A stretch of 64,000 bases of DNA from Andalucia godoyi And28 (taxonomy: Eukaryota > Protista > Jakobida), in contig VRVR01000011.1 of assembly GCA_009859145.1 (NCBI GenBank), positions 12,097-76,096 on the forward strand. The letters run 5' to 3'. Position numbers and translations under genes: made by a program. Below the pieces are notes generated by a model. It did not search any database, had not been told where the DNA came from, and saw only the letters and a list, made by a program, of their open reading frames with translations. Below, one piece after another: positions 53,684 to 63,999 of the stretch. Every line of letters starts with the position of its first letter. Position 1 is the stretch's first letter.

Positions 53684-55408
53684 ATGAAGATTTCAAAGGT
53701 TCTGTCACTTTGCGCTCTTCTGCTCTTGCTGTTCGCGGTTTCGTGTGCGACTGCAAATTCATCATCCTTGGAGCGCATCCAGGCGCTTGCAAAGGAAGAT
53801 TCCTCTGGCTGCTTGATCTGTACCGCAATTGTTGGGATCGCCAAGAACGTCGGAGCCGATCAGTCTGCATTTATATCCAAAGAAGCGCAAAAACTCTGCG
53901 ACATTCTGGATGAAAAGACGCGCCCCGTTTGCTCCTTGATTGTCGAAATGGGAGTTTCTGAAATTGAAAAGCTCCTTTTGCAGAGCGTGACTCCTGGAAA
54001 AGTATGCTCGACACTCGGTCTTTGCAAAAACTGCAAGCTTGGCAGCACGCACGTTCAAGCATCGAGTCCGCAGACCCAGCTGAAAACAGAGGATGAAAAT
54101 CTCTGGGCTGCATACAATGTTGCCATGGTTCTTGGACTTTCGAAGCGCATATCTGGCATTCATTCGTCGAACGAGACTGTCTCGGACGTATCGTCTCGTG
54201 CCGGTGGGTTCATGGACACGCAAACCGCTTGGCCGGATGTCGACGGCGATGGCTTTGGAGCATTGCCGTTGTACCGTGGTTCAGACTGGAGAGGCCGTGA
54301 CTGCAACGACTTTTCTAAGAAGGTTCGTCCTGGCTTGAATGAGTTTTCGATGGCAGTCAAGCTGGATATCGCAGAGGATGCCGCCAATCATACGGACGCT
54401 AACGCCTGGTCGCTTGTCGACTATGATTGCAATGGCGTGCCGCACCGTTTGGAGAACAAGCTATGCGCAAACTCGGAGGTGAAGCAAATTGTCATGTTTG
54501 GCGATTCTGCATCGTCTGCGTTCTCCTTGCCGGTATCCTGGCTCCATCTGAAGGACATGGGATCCATTCCACACGAGTTCTTGCTCGAATTTGACGTGCC
54601 GCAAACGTCGTACTCCACGGGCCGCACGGACGACATCGACGGCAAGTCCATCTACTTGAGAATGCTGGCGCGCAATCGCTGCAATCATCGGCAGATCGCG
54701 AACGTCGGAAAGAACGGTGCAGAAATGAAAGATCTTGTCCACCAGGTTGAGCTCTTGGGACTTGACCAGACTCGTGACAAGCCAATTCTGGGGTTCATGG
54801 CCTATGTTGGTAACGATGTCTGCGAAGCATCGCTGGACGAGATGACTCCGGTGGAGGAATTCCGTCAGCAGTACATCGATGGACTGCGCAAACTGGATTC
54901 TGTTGCACCTCCGGGTTCCAAGCTGCTCTCCATGGGGCTCGTGGACGGCCGCATTCTATATGACACAATGTCTCAGCTTCCTCACCCGCTCGGTGGCACG
55001 GTGGCCGAGTTCTACGAGTTTTTGACTTGTGTAGGCTCCAATCCTTGTGGAACGTGGCTGACGTCTGACGTGGACACCCGAAACAAGGCATCGGCGCACG
55101 CCGCCTTGCTCAGCCAGACAGTGGCCGAAGTTGTCCAGAGCACAGCTGGAACCTTCAAGAACATTGAGGTTGCCTACTTTGACTTTCCGCTCGAGCAGGC
55201 ATTTGAACTGCTTCATCGTGACAATCTGCCTGCCAAGGACCTGATTGGAGGCGTGGATTGCTTTCATCCCAGCGTCCCCCTTGCTCACAAGTACCTTGGT
55301 GAAGTGATCTGGGAGGAGCTTGAGACCCAGCATCCTTCGTGGCTGGGATCCGTGAATCCGAACAATGCCGAGATTGATCGATTGTTCGGCAACCAAGGTG
55401 GATACTAA
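53684..55408 (+). CDS. AOAH: Acyloxyacyl hydrolase (saposin B plus SGNH lipase)
   Basis: Signal peptide; saposin Cys pattern; DVDGDGFG, WRGRDCND, catalytic FGDSAS, VGNDVC, DCFHP. Confidence 0.92.
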   Translation: MKISKVLSLCALLLLLFAVSCATANSSSLERIQALAKEDSSGCLICTAIVGIAKNVGADQSAFISKEAQKLCDILDEKTRPVCSLIVEMGVSEIEKLLLQSVTPGKVCSTLGLCKNCKLGSTHVQASSPQTQLKTEDENLWAAYNVAMVLGLSKRISGIHSSNETVSDVSSRAGGFMDTQTAWPDVDGDGFGALPLYRGSDWRGRDCNDFSKKVRPGLNEFSMAVKLDIAEDAANHTDANAWSLVDYDCNGVPHRLENKLCANSEVKQIVMFGDSASSAFSLPVSWLHLKDMGSIPHEFLLEFDVPQTSYSTGRTDDIDGKSIYLRMLARNRCNHRQIANVGKNGAEMKDLVHQVELLGLDQTRDKPILGFMAYVGNDVCEASLDEMTPVEEFRQQYIDGLRKLDSVAPPGSKLLSMGLVDGRILYDTMSQLPHPLGGTVAEFYEFLTCVGSNPCGTWLTSDVDTRNKASAHAALLSQTVAEVVQSTAGTFKNIEVAYFDFPLEQAFELLHRDNLPAKDLIGGVDCFHPSVPLAHKYLGEVIWEELETQHPSWLGSVNPNNAEIDRLFGNQGGY

Positions 55409-55659
55409 GCCAGAATTCTCTCCCGGAGAAGGGAGTGCCTGTGTTCTTGTTCGTTGTCTTCATTTCGTTTCCCTCGCACTTGCTGTCTTGTCGTGTATTA
55501 TCATTATGATTGTCATGTGTTTTTTTGTTTTGTTTTGTTGTATGCGTATGCGTGTTTTGTTGTTGCTGGTTCGTTTTCGTCCTCGTAAAGGTTTTCCTGA
55601 TATCATTGCCCCCCCCCTCCCCCCCCCCCCTTCCCACGCTTGTTGCTCGTCGGACATTT

Positions 55660-55771
55660 CGCCTGCACTGTACACTAACCACGGATAAACATCGCTGATC
55701 ACCCATAATCAATGTTGCAACCCAAGAACATGCATAGCATTGATTGGGAAGGGGGTAGGCCCCAACACGCC
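55660..55771 (-). ncRNA. Putative Fanzor omegaRNA scaffold (family B)
   Basis: Same stems as the 12.3 kb copy; the GCGA-loop stem carries one mismatch. Confidence 0.7.
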
Positions 55772-56322
55772 CCTCGGCATGAGAGACGCTCTTAAGAGAG
55801 ATGATGCGCGCGCCGTTCCAATCGCGGTCGAGCGTGCATTTGCACGATGGGCAACAAAGACACCTTGTTTCCGTACGCCTGTCGATGCATTTCCTCCGCA
55901 ACGGCCGCACGTTTTAGACGTGCACTCCTCCGTCACAAGTCACAACCGACACCTGCCGCGCCGTTGTCGCCTTGGCGATCTTTCCTGGCGGCGGCCCAGC
56001 GCCGGAAGGTGTCGGTGGAGATTGTCATGGGTCTTGCGCAGCGTTCCGGGCGTGACTTACATGGTGCGCTGCACGGACAGTAAAAATAAAGAAATGAAAT
56101 GAGCGTCGCTGTGCGAGAGTGCAACGCGGCAGCGTGTTTATAGGGATTTCATGATCAAAATGGGGCGAAACGAATCGGACATCGTGTGACGGAGTTGCTC
56201 AAGATAACAGACGCATTCGCATGGCGCGTGGCAGTGTTTTTGTGTTTTACGTGCGCTTTGGATTGCTTAAGCATATCGCAATAAGTGGCAACTGCTTGCA
56301 CGCTATCGCCGCAGTCCGAATT
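55660..56322 (-). mobile_element. Non-autonomous Fanzor2/TnpB derivative, family B, copy 2 (keeps the RuvC-II, Zn-finger and RuvC-III remnant)
   Basis: Minus strand RGRCRL*LVTEECTSKTCGRCGG, frameshift, CPSCKCTLDRDWNGARIISLKS...VGAYPLP. Right end TGCAGGCG at 55660. Both ends are homologous to 12300-12696. Confidence 0.9.
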
Positions 56323-56574
56323 CATGGGGTTGCGTTGTGCTTGGGTGGGCGTGCGTTTGTGTTTTCCACCTGCGTTTCTTCCGTTCCATCATTTTCGATG
56401 TTTTCTTCTCATACTGCTGCACAGTGCATGATATGCTCTTCAAAAATCACAGCACTCAATATATTAGTAGCACATAGATCTGCGGGTTGGATTTCTAACC
56501 TTGGCTGCTGTCGAGGTTATTCGTCTTCATCGTCATTTCGTTCACGTCCTCCTCATTTGATCCACAGTCTGCAC

Positions 56575-58914
56575 ATGGATCCGCTTCTCGATGCCTTTGT
56601 CTCGGAAATCACGGTTTCTCGCGGGTGGACGAAAAGGGAATCAAGTGCAGTGCGCGACAAGATTTCAAAAGCTGGAATCAAGTCGTACGATGATTTTCGA
56701 GGGCGACTGCTTGCGGATGAGTTGAATTCCTTGCTGAAAGAGTTCGGATTGACTCCGTTTCAGTCTGCAACGCTGCGCCTTATGACCGATATTGTCAAGG
56801 ATGTGGAGGTGTTTGAAGAGGCAATGGAGGACGCGCGAAGAGAGCTCGCGTACTTGTACACAAGGATTGGAAATGGTGTTGCTGAGAAGAAACCATCCAC
56901 GGACGATCCGATTCTTCGACCCGACTGGACAAAGTTGATGGTGCGCAAGTTCCAAAAAGCAAGGATCATTTCCTGTGCCGCCTATCTGAGAGCGTATTCG
57001 GACGGTCCGGATGCTGTGAATTCGTTGCTGGAGCCGCCTTCGCTTTTCTCAAAAACATTAGAAATTCTTCAGCAAGCCATTCTGCGACGAACAGCTGCCT
57101 CCGTTCCAGAGAGCTTGCGAACGGTGTGTCGAGTAGACGGCCGATCTGGCGCTCCGACACTCAGTGTTGGATGCCCAGGCGCTGTGATTCTAAATCCCGG
57201 TCATCTGCCGGGAACTCTCGAGCTGCACGATTTCCCCAGGTCTGCGCACGTGTTTATGTTTGACGGACTTGTGCACCCTTGCGCCATTCAGTCCATCGGT
57301 GTAGAATTTGCGCAAATGCGCCCGGGGACTCTTCCGAACCACAGATTGCAAATGTCGTGGGCAAGACCCTCTTCATTTTTCAGAGAACGCTCCGAGGTGT
57401 TTCTGTACCCGAATGCGGTTCCCATTTCTTCCTCTTCATTGAATGCTCAAGCTGCAGTCCGCGGCGTCATCTACGAAGTCCATCCGTTGTGTCTATCCAT
57501 TCTGGACAATCATTACCGGCTCTCGCAGGGAATCGGCAGACGGTGTGTTGTCTCGGTGCAGACGCCGAGCAGTGAAGTGGTGCGCTGCATCATGTATGTG
57601 TCGAATGACGGAGTTTCTGCCTCTGGTGTCAGGCCGAACAGCCCGCCTCGACGACATCCTGCAAGTTCGCTACTGCCGAATTCTGCAGTCAGCATAGATC
57701 CCGTATCTGTGTTCTGGATGGCAATGGCGCGCTCAGTCTCGCCAGACGTGTCTGTAGACCAGGATTTGTCAAAAACGCTGGACATTCTTAGCACGTACAC
57801 TCGTTCCGTGTTTATCACTGACCTGGACTTTTCTCAGGACAAGGATTCGTTACAGCATGCTCGGAGAGTCGTTGCGGCCTCCTGCATCCGAGAGAGGCTC
57901 AGTGGCCATATCATCGAGTTCGACGCCTTTTCGTTCCGCCAACAGGTGCAAAACTTGCGCGGTTTCGATGCCAACCTGCTCGATCGGTCGGTGATTCTCG
58001 AGTGCTCGGCGCTTGGCTATGGCCACCGCTCCGAACTCTGCCTCGCCTTCAAGCACAATCTCGCGAGATCCCCCAAACTAGAGGCCGGTTCGATTGTAGT
58101 TGGTTCGCACGCGGCGCGAGATGTAGAGTATGTCGTCGGCAATCTTCCGATTGTGCTTTCCATTCCGCATGGAGGCTCCGCATCGCCTTACGAAATGGCC
58201 GATCGATGCGGTGATGGAGTTGTCACAGCCACGGACTCCTTCACGATTGAGCTTGGATGCGACTTGCACAGCGAGCTCTCGTCTTTGGATGCCGCCTCTG
58301 GAAACCGAAACAGCCCCCACATGGTCATCTGCAACTTGAAAAGGTGCAAAGTAGATGTGAATCGGGATCAGAGCAGCGGATCTGCTGGGAATATTCGTGG
58401 TGACTTGGCGTGGACAGACTATCACAAGCTCCTCGAAGAAGCTTGCGAGTCGTGCGTTGAGGAACATGGATTCGCGCTTCTGGTCGATATGCACGGGATG
58501 CATCCGCGGTACCCTGTTACGCAGCTGGGCTATCTCGTTGACCTTGAGGATCTCGACAACGCAGAGATCCTGTGTCGCGACAGTTCTGTTGCTTCGCTTG
58601 CAATCCGCAAACCCGGCAAGTGCCAAGTGGTGGACATGGTAACAGGAGACTCATCGCTGGGGGCGCTGATGGTCAAGTACGGCATCGACGCGGGTCCGTC
58701 TCCAAAGTTTCCATCTCCGGCCCTGAGTTCCGACCAGCGATACTTCAAAGGGCATTTCAATATTCGTAGGCACACTGGTAAGAACGTTATTGGTGTGCAG
58801 ATCGAGACAACAAGCGGCCCACGGCGAACCGGTCCAAAGCGGAAAGCATACGCAGCCTCTCTTGCTGGTGCTCTCCGCGATTTCCTCTACGCGCATTATT
58901 CTTATCGGGTGTAA
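56575..58914 (+). CDS. Multidomain protein: duplicated small helical domain, degenerate gamma-glutamylcyclotransferase-like domain, and N-formylglutamate amidohydrolase-like domain; start may be 56398
   Basis: GTLPNHRL, VRGVIYEV..LSILD and VSVQTP..VRCIMYV (GGCT-like). IVLSIPHGG, TDSFT, HMVICNLKRCKVDVNR, YHKLL, LLVDMHG and GVQIET (FGase-like). Confidence 0.7.
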   Translation: MDPLLDAFVSEITVSRGWTKRESSAVRDKISKAGIKSYDDFRGRLLADELNSLLKEFGLTPFQSATLRLMTDIVKDVEVFEEAMEDARRELAYLYTRIGNGVAEKKPSTDDPILRPDWTKLMVRKFQKARIISCAAYLRAYSDGPDAVNSLLEPPSLFSKTLEILQQAILRRTAASVPESLRTVCRVDGRSGAPTLSVGCPGAVILNPGHLPGTLELHDFPRSAHVFMFDGLVHPCAIQSIGVEFAQMRPGTLPNHRLQMSWARPSSFFRERSEVFLYPNAVPISSSSLNAQAAVRGVIYEVHPLCLSILDNHYRLSQGIGRRCVVSVQTPSSEVVRCIMYVSNDGVSASGVRPNSPPRRHPASSLLPNSAVSIDPVSVFWMAMARSVSPDVSVDQDLSKTLDILSTYTRSVFITDLDFSQDKDSLQHARRVVAASCIRERLSGHIIEFDAFSFRQQVQNLRGFDANLLDRSVILECSALGYGHRSELCLAFKHNLARSPKLEAGSIVVGSHAARDVEYVVGNLPIVLSIPHGGSASPYEMADRCGDGVVTATDSFTIELGCDLHSELSSLDAASGNRNSPHMVICNLKRCKVDVNRDQSSGSAGNIRGDLAWTDYHKLLEEACESCVEEHGFALLVDMHGMHPRYPVTQLGYLVDLEDLDNAEILCRDSSVASLAIRKPGKCQVVDMVTGDSSLGALMVKYGIDAGPSPKFPSPALSSDQRYFKGHFNIRRHTGKNVIGVQIETTSGPRRTGPKRKAYAASLAGALRDFLYAHYSYRV

Positions 58915-59085
58915 ACAAAAACAAGCAGAAACAAAAGGAAAAAGTCCGGCGCAGTTCGCTCTTTCTCAAAACAACAATGATTGTGCTCGTCGTTTTCGTG
59001 TTCCGCGAAAAAAAGTTGCTATCACCTCCTTTCTTTCATTCTTTTTTCATCTTTTCTCCCCCGAATGGTTTCATTGGAATTATTG

Positions 59086-59093
59086 GAGAGAGA

Positions 59094-59172
<79 letters not shown>
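59086..59172. repeat. (GA)n microsatellite just upstream of NVL
   Basis: Seen directly. Confidence 0.95.
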
Positions 59173-59177
<5 letters not shown>

Positions 59178-59181
59178 GGAA

Positions 59182-61777
59182 ATGGCCAAGAACCGCAAGG
59201 CACGGGGTCCTTTGGGATTTGATTCACAGTTAATTCCGAGAATTAAAGAAGTATGTTGTGTTTTTTCTTCTTTTCTTTTCTACATCATAATGATTTATGG
59301 TTATTATTATTCTCGTCTTTTACCGACATTAGATGACCTGCATTTGCAGGATCGGTGCCGATAACGACGATGTAAAAATTTTGGAAATTGACTGACAAAC
59401 AATTTCCTGAATACAGTTTTCATCAGTGGATTCGCTGAAAGATGTGGACAGTGTGGTGGAGCATCTACGAAAAGCGTATCCCGAGTATTGCAGAAAGCCA
59501 TTACTACCATTTCGACTTTCGGTTTCTCGAGCCGTTGAGATTCTTTTCAAGAATGCACAGAAGAATGGCGAGGGATCGACGGACTCGTCCGAAGTGGAAG
59601 ACCGGGAGGATGATGTCCGCAGACCAGATTTCAATCTGCTGAATTCTTCACTGAGAAATGGCTACAAGATCGACGCTGAGAGTGCACTCTCTGCGAACGG
59701 TGGGGCTGCTGTTTCTGCCGAGCCAGTGGAAGTGGAAAAGTCGGTGCTTCCGAAAGAAGGAAAGCCGGCGAAGAATCCTGTGAATCCTGCGGATCGAGAG
59801 GGAGAGGCACCGAAACAGAGGCCCGCGAAAGCAATGAAGCGAAATGCAAGCTCGGGGTTGTTTACCGGTAGCAGCGGATCCGAAAGACTGGTGGTTGCAG
59901 AGCGACCTTCTGTTTCGTATGTGGACCTCGGCGGAATGGAGCATGCATTGCAAGAGGTGCGTGAGCTAATCGAGTATCCACTGACACATCCGGAAATATA
60001 CGTGCATCTTGGAGTGGAGCCACCTCGCGGTATTCTGCTGCATGGACCTCCGGGCTGTGGAAAGACACTCCTCGCAAATGCTATCGCTGGAGAACTAGGA
60101 ATCCCTTTCTACAAGGTATCAGCGCCTGAAGTTGTGTCTGGAATGTCTGGCGAATCCGAGGCCAAACTTCGTAATTTATTCGCCGATGCAATTGAATCTG
60201 CACCGTCCATTATCTTTATCGACGAGATCGATGCGATTACTCCGAAACGCGAAAATGCACAGCGGGAAATGGAGCGGAGAATCGTTGCCCAGTTGCTTAC
60301 TTGCATGGACGGACTTTCTCTCGAAGCAACCTCTGGCAAACCTGTTCTGGTGATTGGTGCGACGAATCGACCAGACTCGCTGGACTCTGCACTTCGAAGA
60401 GCCGGCCGATTTGACAGAGAGATTGCGCTCGGTATCCCAGACGAGGCCTCGAGAGGTCGCATTTTGAAAGTCATGTGTGAACGGTTGCGGCTTTCTGGCG
60501 ATTTTGATTTCCTGGACATTGCGCGAAGAACTCCCGGATTCGTTGGTGCAGATCTGAGTGCGCTCACCAAGGAAGCTGCTGTGATATGTGTCAACCGCAT
60601 CTTCCGTCAGCTGTTTCCGTCCACATCGGCAGTAGTTAGCACTGATTCCAATGCCGGTGCCGCTGGTGGTCCGTCCAAAGCAGCTGAAGCATCGTTGCAT
60701 GCTGTTGCGATTCGATCGTCAGTGTCTGATGCGCTCCGGCGGCATGCAGAGCCGCTGACTTCTCATCAGTTGGATACACTGAGCATCACCATGGCTGATT
60801 TTGAAGAAGCGATTCACAAAGTGCAGCCTTCTTCGAAACGAGAGGGCTTTGCTACTATCCCCGATGTGTCGTGGTCGGATATCGGTGCGTTGCATGATGT
60901 CCGTGCAGAGTTGCAGCTCAGTATCATGGAGCCGATTCGCTCTCCTGAAAAATTTGAAGCGTTGGGTCTCTCTGCACCGACGGGTGTGCTGCTGTACGGT
61001 CCACCTGGATGCGGGAAGACTCTTCTTGCCAAGGCAATCGCCCACGAATCCGGGGCGTCGTTCATCTCGATCAAGGGCCCCGAGCTGCTGAACAAGTATG
61101 TAGGCGAGTCCGAACGTGCTGTTCGCCAAGTCTTTGCGCGTGGCCGTGCATCTGCTCCATGTGTCATCTTTTTTGATGAGCTGGATGCGCTCTGTCCTCG
61201 ACGAGGCGGTGATTCATCAAACAGCCAATCGTCCGAGCGTGTTGTGAATCAGCTTCTGACGGAAATGGATGGTCTTGATGGCCGCCGCAACGTCTTTGTC
61301 ATTGCTGCAACAAATCGACCCGACATCATCGATCCAGCGATGCTTCGTCCAGGCCGTTTGGACAAGCTGCTCTATGTACCGCTCCCCCGTCCTGCGGAGC
61401 GAGCCAGCATTCTGCAGACACTCACCAGGCACACGCCTCTTTCTCGCGACGTTCAAATGGAGAGGATTGCGTTTGACAGCCGTCTAGAAGGATTTTCAGG
61501 TGCTGATCTTGCGGGATTCGTCCGCGAGGCGTCTGTGGCGGCCTTGAAAGAAGTGCTGCACGACCCGTCTCGAACGCCGGAAGTCGGTCTTCGACACTTT
61601 GAACACGCGTTTGCAGCGTGCTTCCCGAGCGTTTCCAAGAAGGACGAGCGAGCTTACAACGCCCTAAAATCAAAGATTCGGCGAGTGCGGGTCCTCTCAG
61701 AAGACGCAAACGAAGCTACCAAGCTCCCCGGCGAAGACGCCGACGCAACTTCGCGCAGTGTGCCCGTGAACGTGTAA
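59182..61777 (+). CDS. NVL: NVL/Rix7 AAA+ ATPase (exon 1 59182-59250, intron 59251-59416, exon 2 59417-61777)
   Basis: Two AAA modules (GPPGCGKT twice, FIDEID, FFDELD). N-terminal FDSQLIPRIKE joins YPEYCRK..FRLSV after a phase-0 GTATGT..ACTGAC..CAG intron. Confidence 0.92.
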
Positions 61778-62159
61778 ATTGTCCCTTTCGCTGCTCGCCC
61801 GTTGTACTACAAGAACGGGAGAGCGGCAATATTTCCTCCCTCTTTCTTTTTTGGCTGGAAAAACCGAAAGTGATACTGCTCTGATTTCCGCTGCTGCCAG
61901 CTTTTGTTTTTCTCTCTAGATAATAGACGTTTCCCATTTGGAAAAGCCTCGTCATCCCTTAATTCCTTTTGTTTTTTCCCCTTTCCCCTTTCCCCTTTGT
62001 CTTTTCTTTTCTTTTTCGTTTATCATCATCATCATTTTTTTAAATTTCAATTTAATGATATTTTCCCGTGCTTTATTATTCCCGTGCTTTTATTGTCTTC
62101 TCGAGTTTCGCCACTGACCCGCCCACACACATTGTATATACCAGTTCGGAAGATTGACG

Positions 62160-63353
62160 ATGGGAGCGACGGTCCATGAAGAAGCATGGATCACTGCCCT
62201 TTGTTTTGTGATCCTTGCGGTCTTCTTGAGCGTCCATTTGATTCTTCAGCATTTGCGGCACTTTACTCAACCGTCATCTCAGAAACACATTGTACGCATC
62301 ATCATGATGGTTCCGATCTATGCAATTGACTCGTGGTGTGCCTTGCGGTTTCCGTCGCTGTCAATGTACCTTGATTCGATTCGAGATATGTACGAAGCGT
62401 ATGTTTTGTACTGTTTTCTAGCCTTGATGATTGAATTTCTCGGAGGGGAAAATGCCCTGGTGTATCTGTTGTCGCAAAAGCCACCGATGAAGCTCCCTGT
62501 TCCATTGGGACGAGTAACACCGGTTCAGCCAGGTCATCGGTTTCTGATGGTGTTGAAGATTGGGGTGCTGCAGTTTGTGCTGATCAAGCCGCTGCTTGCG
62601 ATCCTTACGCTTGTCGCGGAAATGCATCACTCGTTTGAAGAAGGGCAGTTTAACCCTGGATCGCTGTATCTGTGGGTGACTACTATTGATAACGTTTCCA
62701 TCACCGTAAGCATGTACTGTCTCATTGTGTTCTTCAAGGCCACACACGCAGATCTCAAAGCGTTCCATCCGTTGTTTAAGTTTCTTGCAATCAAGGCGGT
62801 CATTTTTGCAACGTTCTGGCAAGGAGTCCTCATCGCCTTCCTTGTCTACTACGGTGTGATCACGGATATTGGAACGTGGTCCGCAGAAATGGTGTCGCAG
62901 TCGCTGCAGGACTTTCTCATTTGCGTAGAGATGTTCATTGCATCGGTGTTCCATCTTGCGGCGTTTGATTATCACGAGTTTGTCACGGAAGATGAATCGA
63001 TAGCGAAGCGGCCGGTACTGCATTCCGTCCGCGAATCGTTTGGCATGCATGACTTCTTCACAGATGTGTTCCAGACGTTTGCTGGACTCCGCAGAGGCGC
63101 CGAACGGACGCGCGAGTTGCGCGAGTTCGAGCTGGTTTCGAGCGTTGAGGACATCCCAGAGTCTCCCGTGTACAATGCGGAAGACGGAGAGGTCAGTGGA
63201 TCGTACTACAGTGCCTATCCCTCTGGTCATGCAACCGTGGCCATGACCACAAGCTCGAGTTATGACTCTCAGCCGATTGCGGGCGGCAACCCTTCGCCTT
63301 CCGAACACGCATCATCATCTTCGTATGTCTCTCGCTCTCCCCCGTTCTCCTGA
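62160..63353 (+). CDS. TMEM184: TMEM184/OST-alpha family membrane protein
   Basis: QHLRHFTQP..QKHIVRIIMMVPIYA, RDMYEAYVLYCF, QFVLIKP, KFLAIKAVIF, QDFLICVEM. Confidence 0.93.
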   Translation: MGATVHEEAWITALCFVILAVFLSVHLILQHLRHFTQPSSQKHIVRIIMMVPIYAIDSWCALRFPSLSMYLDSIRDMYEAYVLYCFLALMIEFLGGENALVYLLSQKPPMKLPVPLGRVTPVQPGHRFLMVLKIGVLQFVLIKPLLAILTLVAEMHHSFEEGQFNPGSLYLWVTTIDNVSITVSMYCLIVFFKATHADLKAFHPLFKFLAIKAVIFATFWQGVLIAFLVYYGVITDIGTWSAEMVSQSLQDFLICVEMFIASVFHLAAFDYHEFVTEDESIAKRPVLHSVRESFGMHDFFTDVFQTFAGLRRGAERTRELREFELVSSVEDIPESPVYNAEDGEVSGSYYSAYPSGHATVAMTTSSSYDSQPIAGGNPSPSEHASSSSYVSRSPPFS

Positions 63354-63775
63354 AGGATCGTTCCCCCGCCCTTTTTTTAATTGAATTATTTTCAGTTTCT
63401 TTTTATCGCGTCATCGTTTCTAATTTATGCTTTCCAATATTCGTGTTCATGCAGGAATCGTGTTCTTAGCAGGTTTCATGTTGGAGGGTCGTCCTCGAGA
63501 TGACGAAAGAGATTCCTGATTTCGGTTTGTCCTGCTGTCCTCATAGTCTCTGCTTGCTTCTTCTCAGCATCCCCCCTAAGTCATGAAGTGTTTTCGACGG
63601 CGTCGTTTCCACCGCGCTGATCGCGCGCGCACCACCTTGATTTTTTTGATTTGTACTGTGTTACTTCGTATTCTAGATTTCTGTAAATTAAATTATGACT
63701 GTTTTGAATCCGTGCGTCCTGCTGCGGGAGAACGAGTAACGACACCAATCCTCTTGACGTCGTCGCCGTCGTCAA

Positions 63776-63868
63776 ACCAATCCAATCCAACCCAAATCAA
63801 ATCAAATCAAATCAAATCAAATCAAATCAAATCAAATCAAATCAAGCCAAAACGAAACGAAACGAAAC
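63776..63868. repeat. Pentanucleotide microsatellite array (AATCC/AAATC/AAACG)
   Basis: Seen directly; the unit drifts along the array. Confidence 0.9.
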
Positions 63869-63879
63869 AGGGTCCATTG

Positions 63880-63999
63880 TCATTCTGCCAGAAAATGCGA
63901 CACTTCGGACCGGGTGCTGTAGCGAACATGGACCTCTGCGCCACTCCACTCGGACAAGTGCAAGTTCTCAATCGCCTGGAATGCATCGTCAGCATCATC
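63880..63999 (-). CDS. 3' end of a probable RRM-containing protein, truncated by the window edge
   Basis: DDADDAFQAIENLHLSEWSGAEVHVRYS..* resembles RRM helix 2 and strand 4. Confidence 0.45.
   Translation of the reverse strand, partial: DDADDAFQAIENLHLSEWSGAEVHVRYSTRSEVSHFLAE

Noticed and set aside
56221-56397. N-terminal extensions of ORFs 56221-58914 and 12672-13961
   Set aside because: They begin inside Fanzor left-end DNA or T-rich spacer; downstream Met codons fit better.
63776-63868. Pentamer array as a telomere or CRISPR-like repeat
   Set aside because: No spacers, drifting unit, and an internal position between two gene ends; a simple microsatellite.
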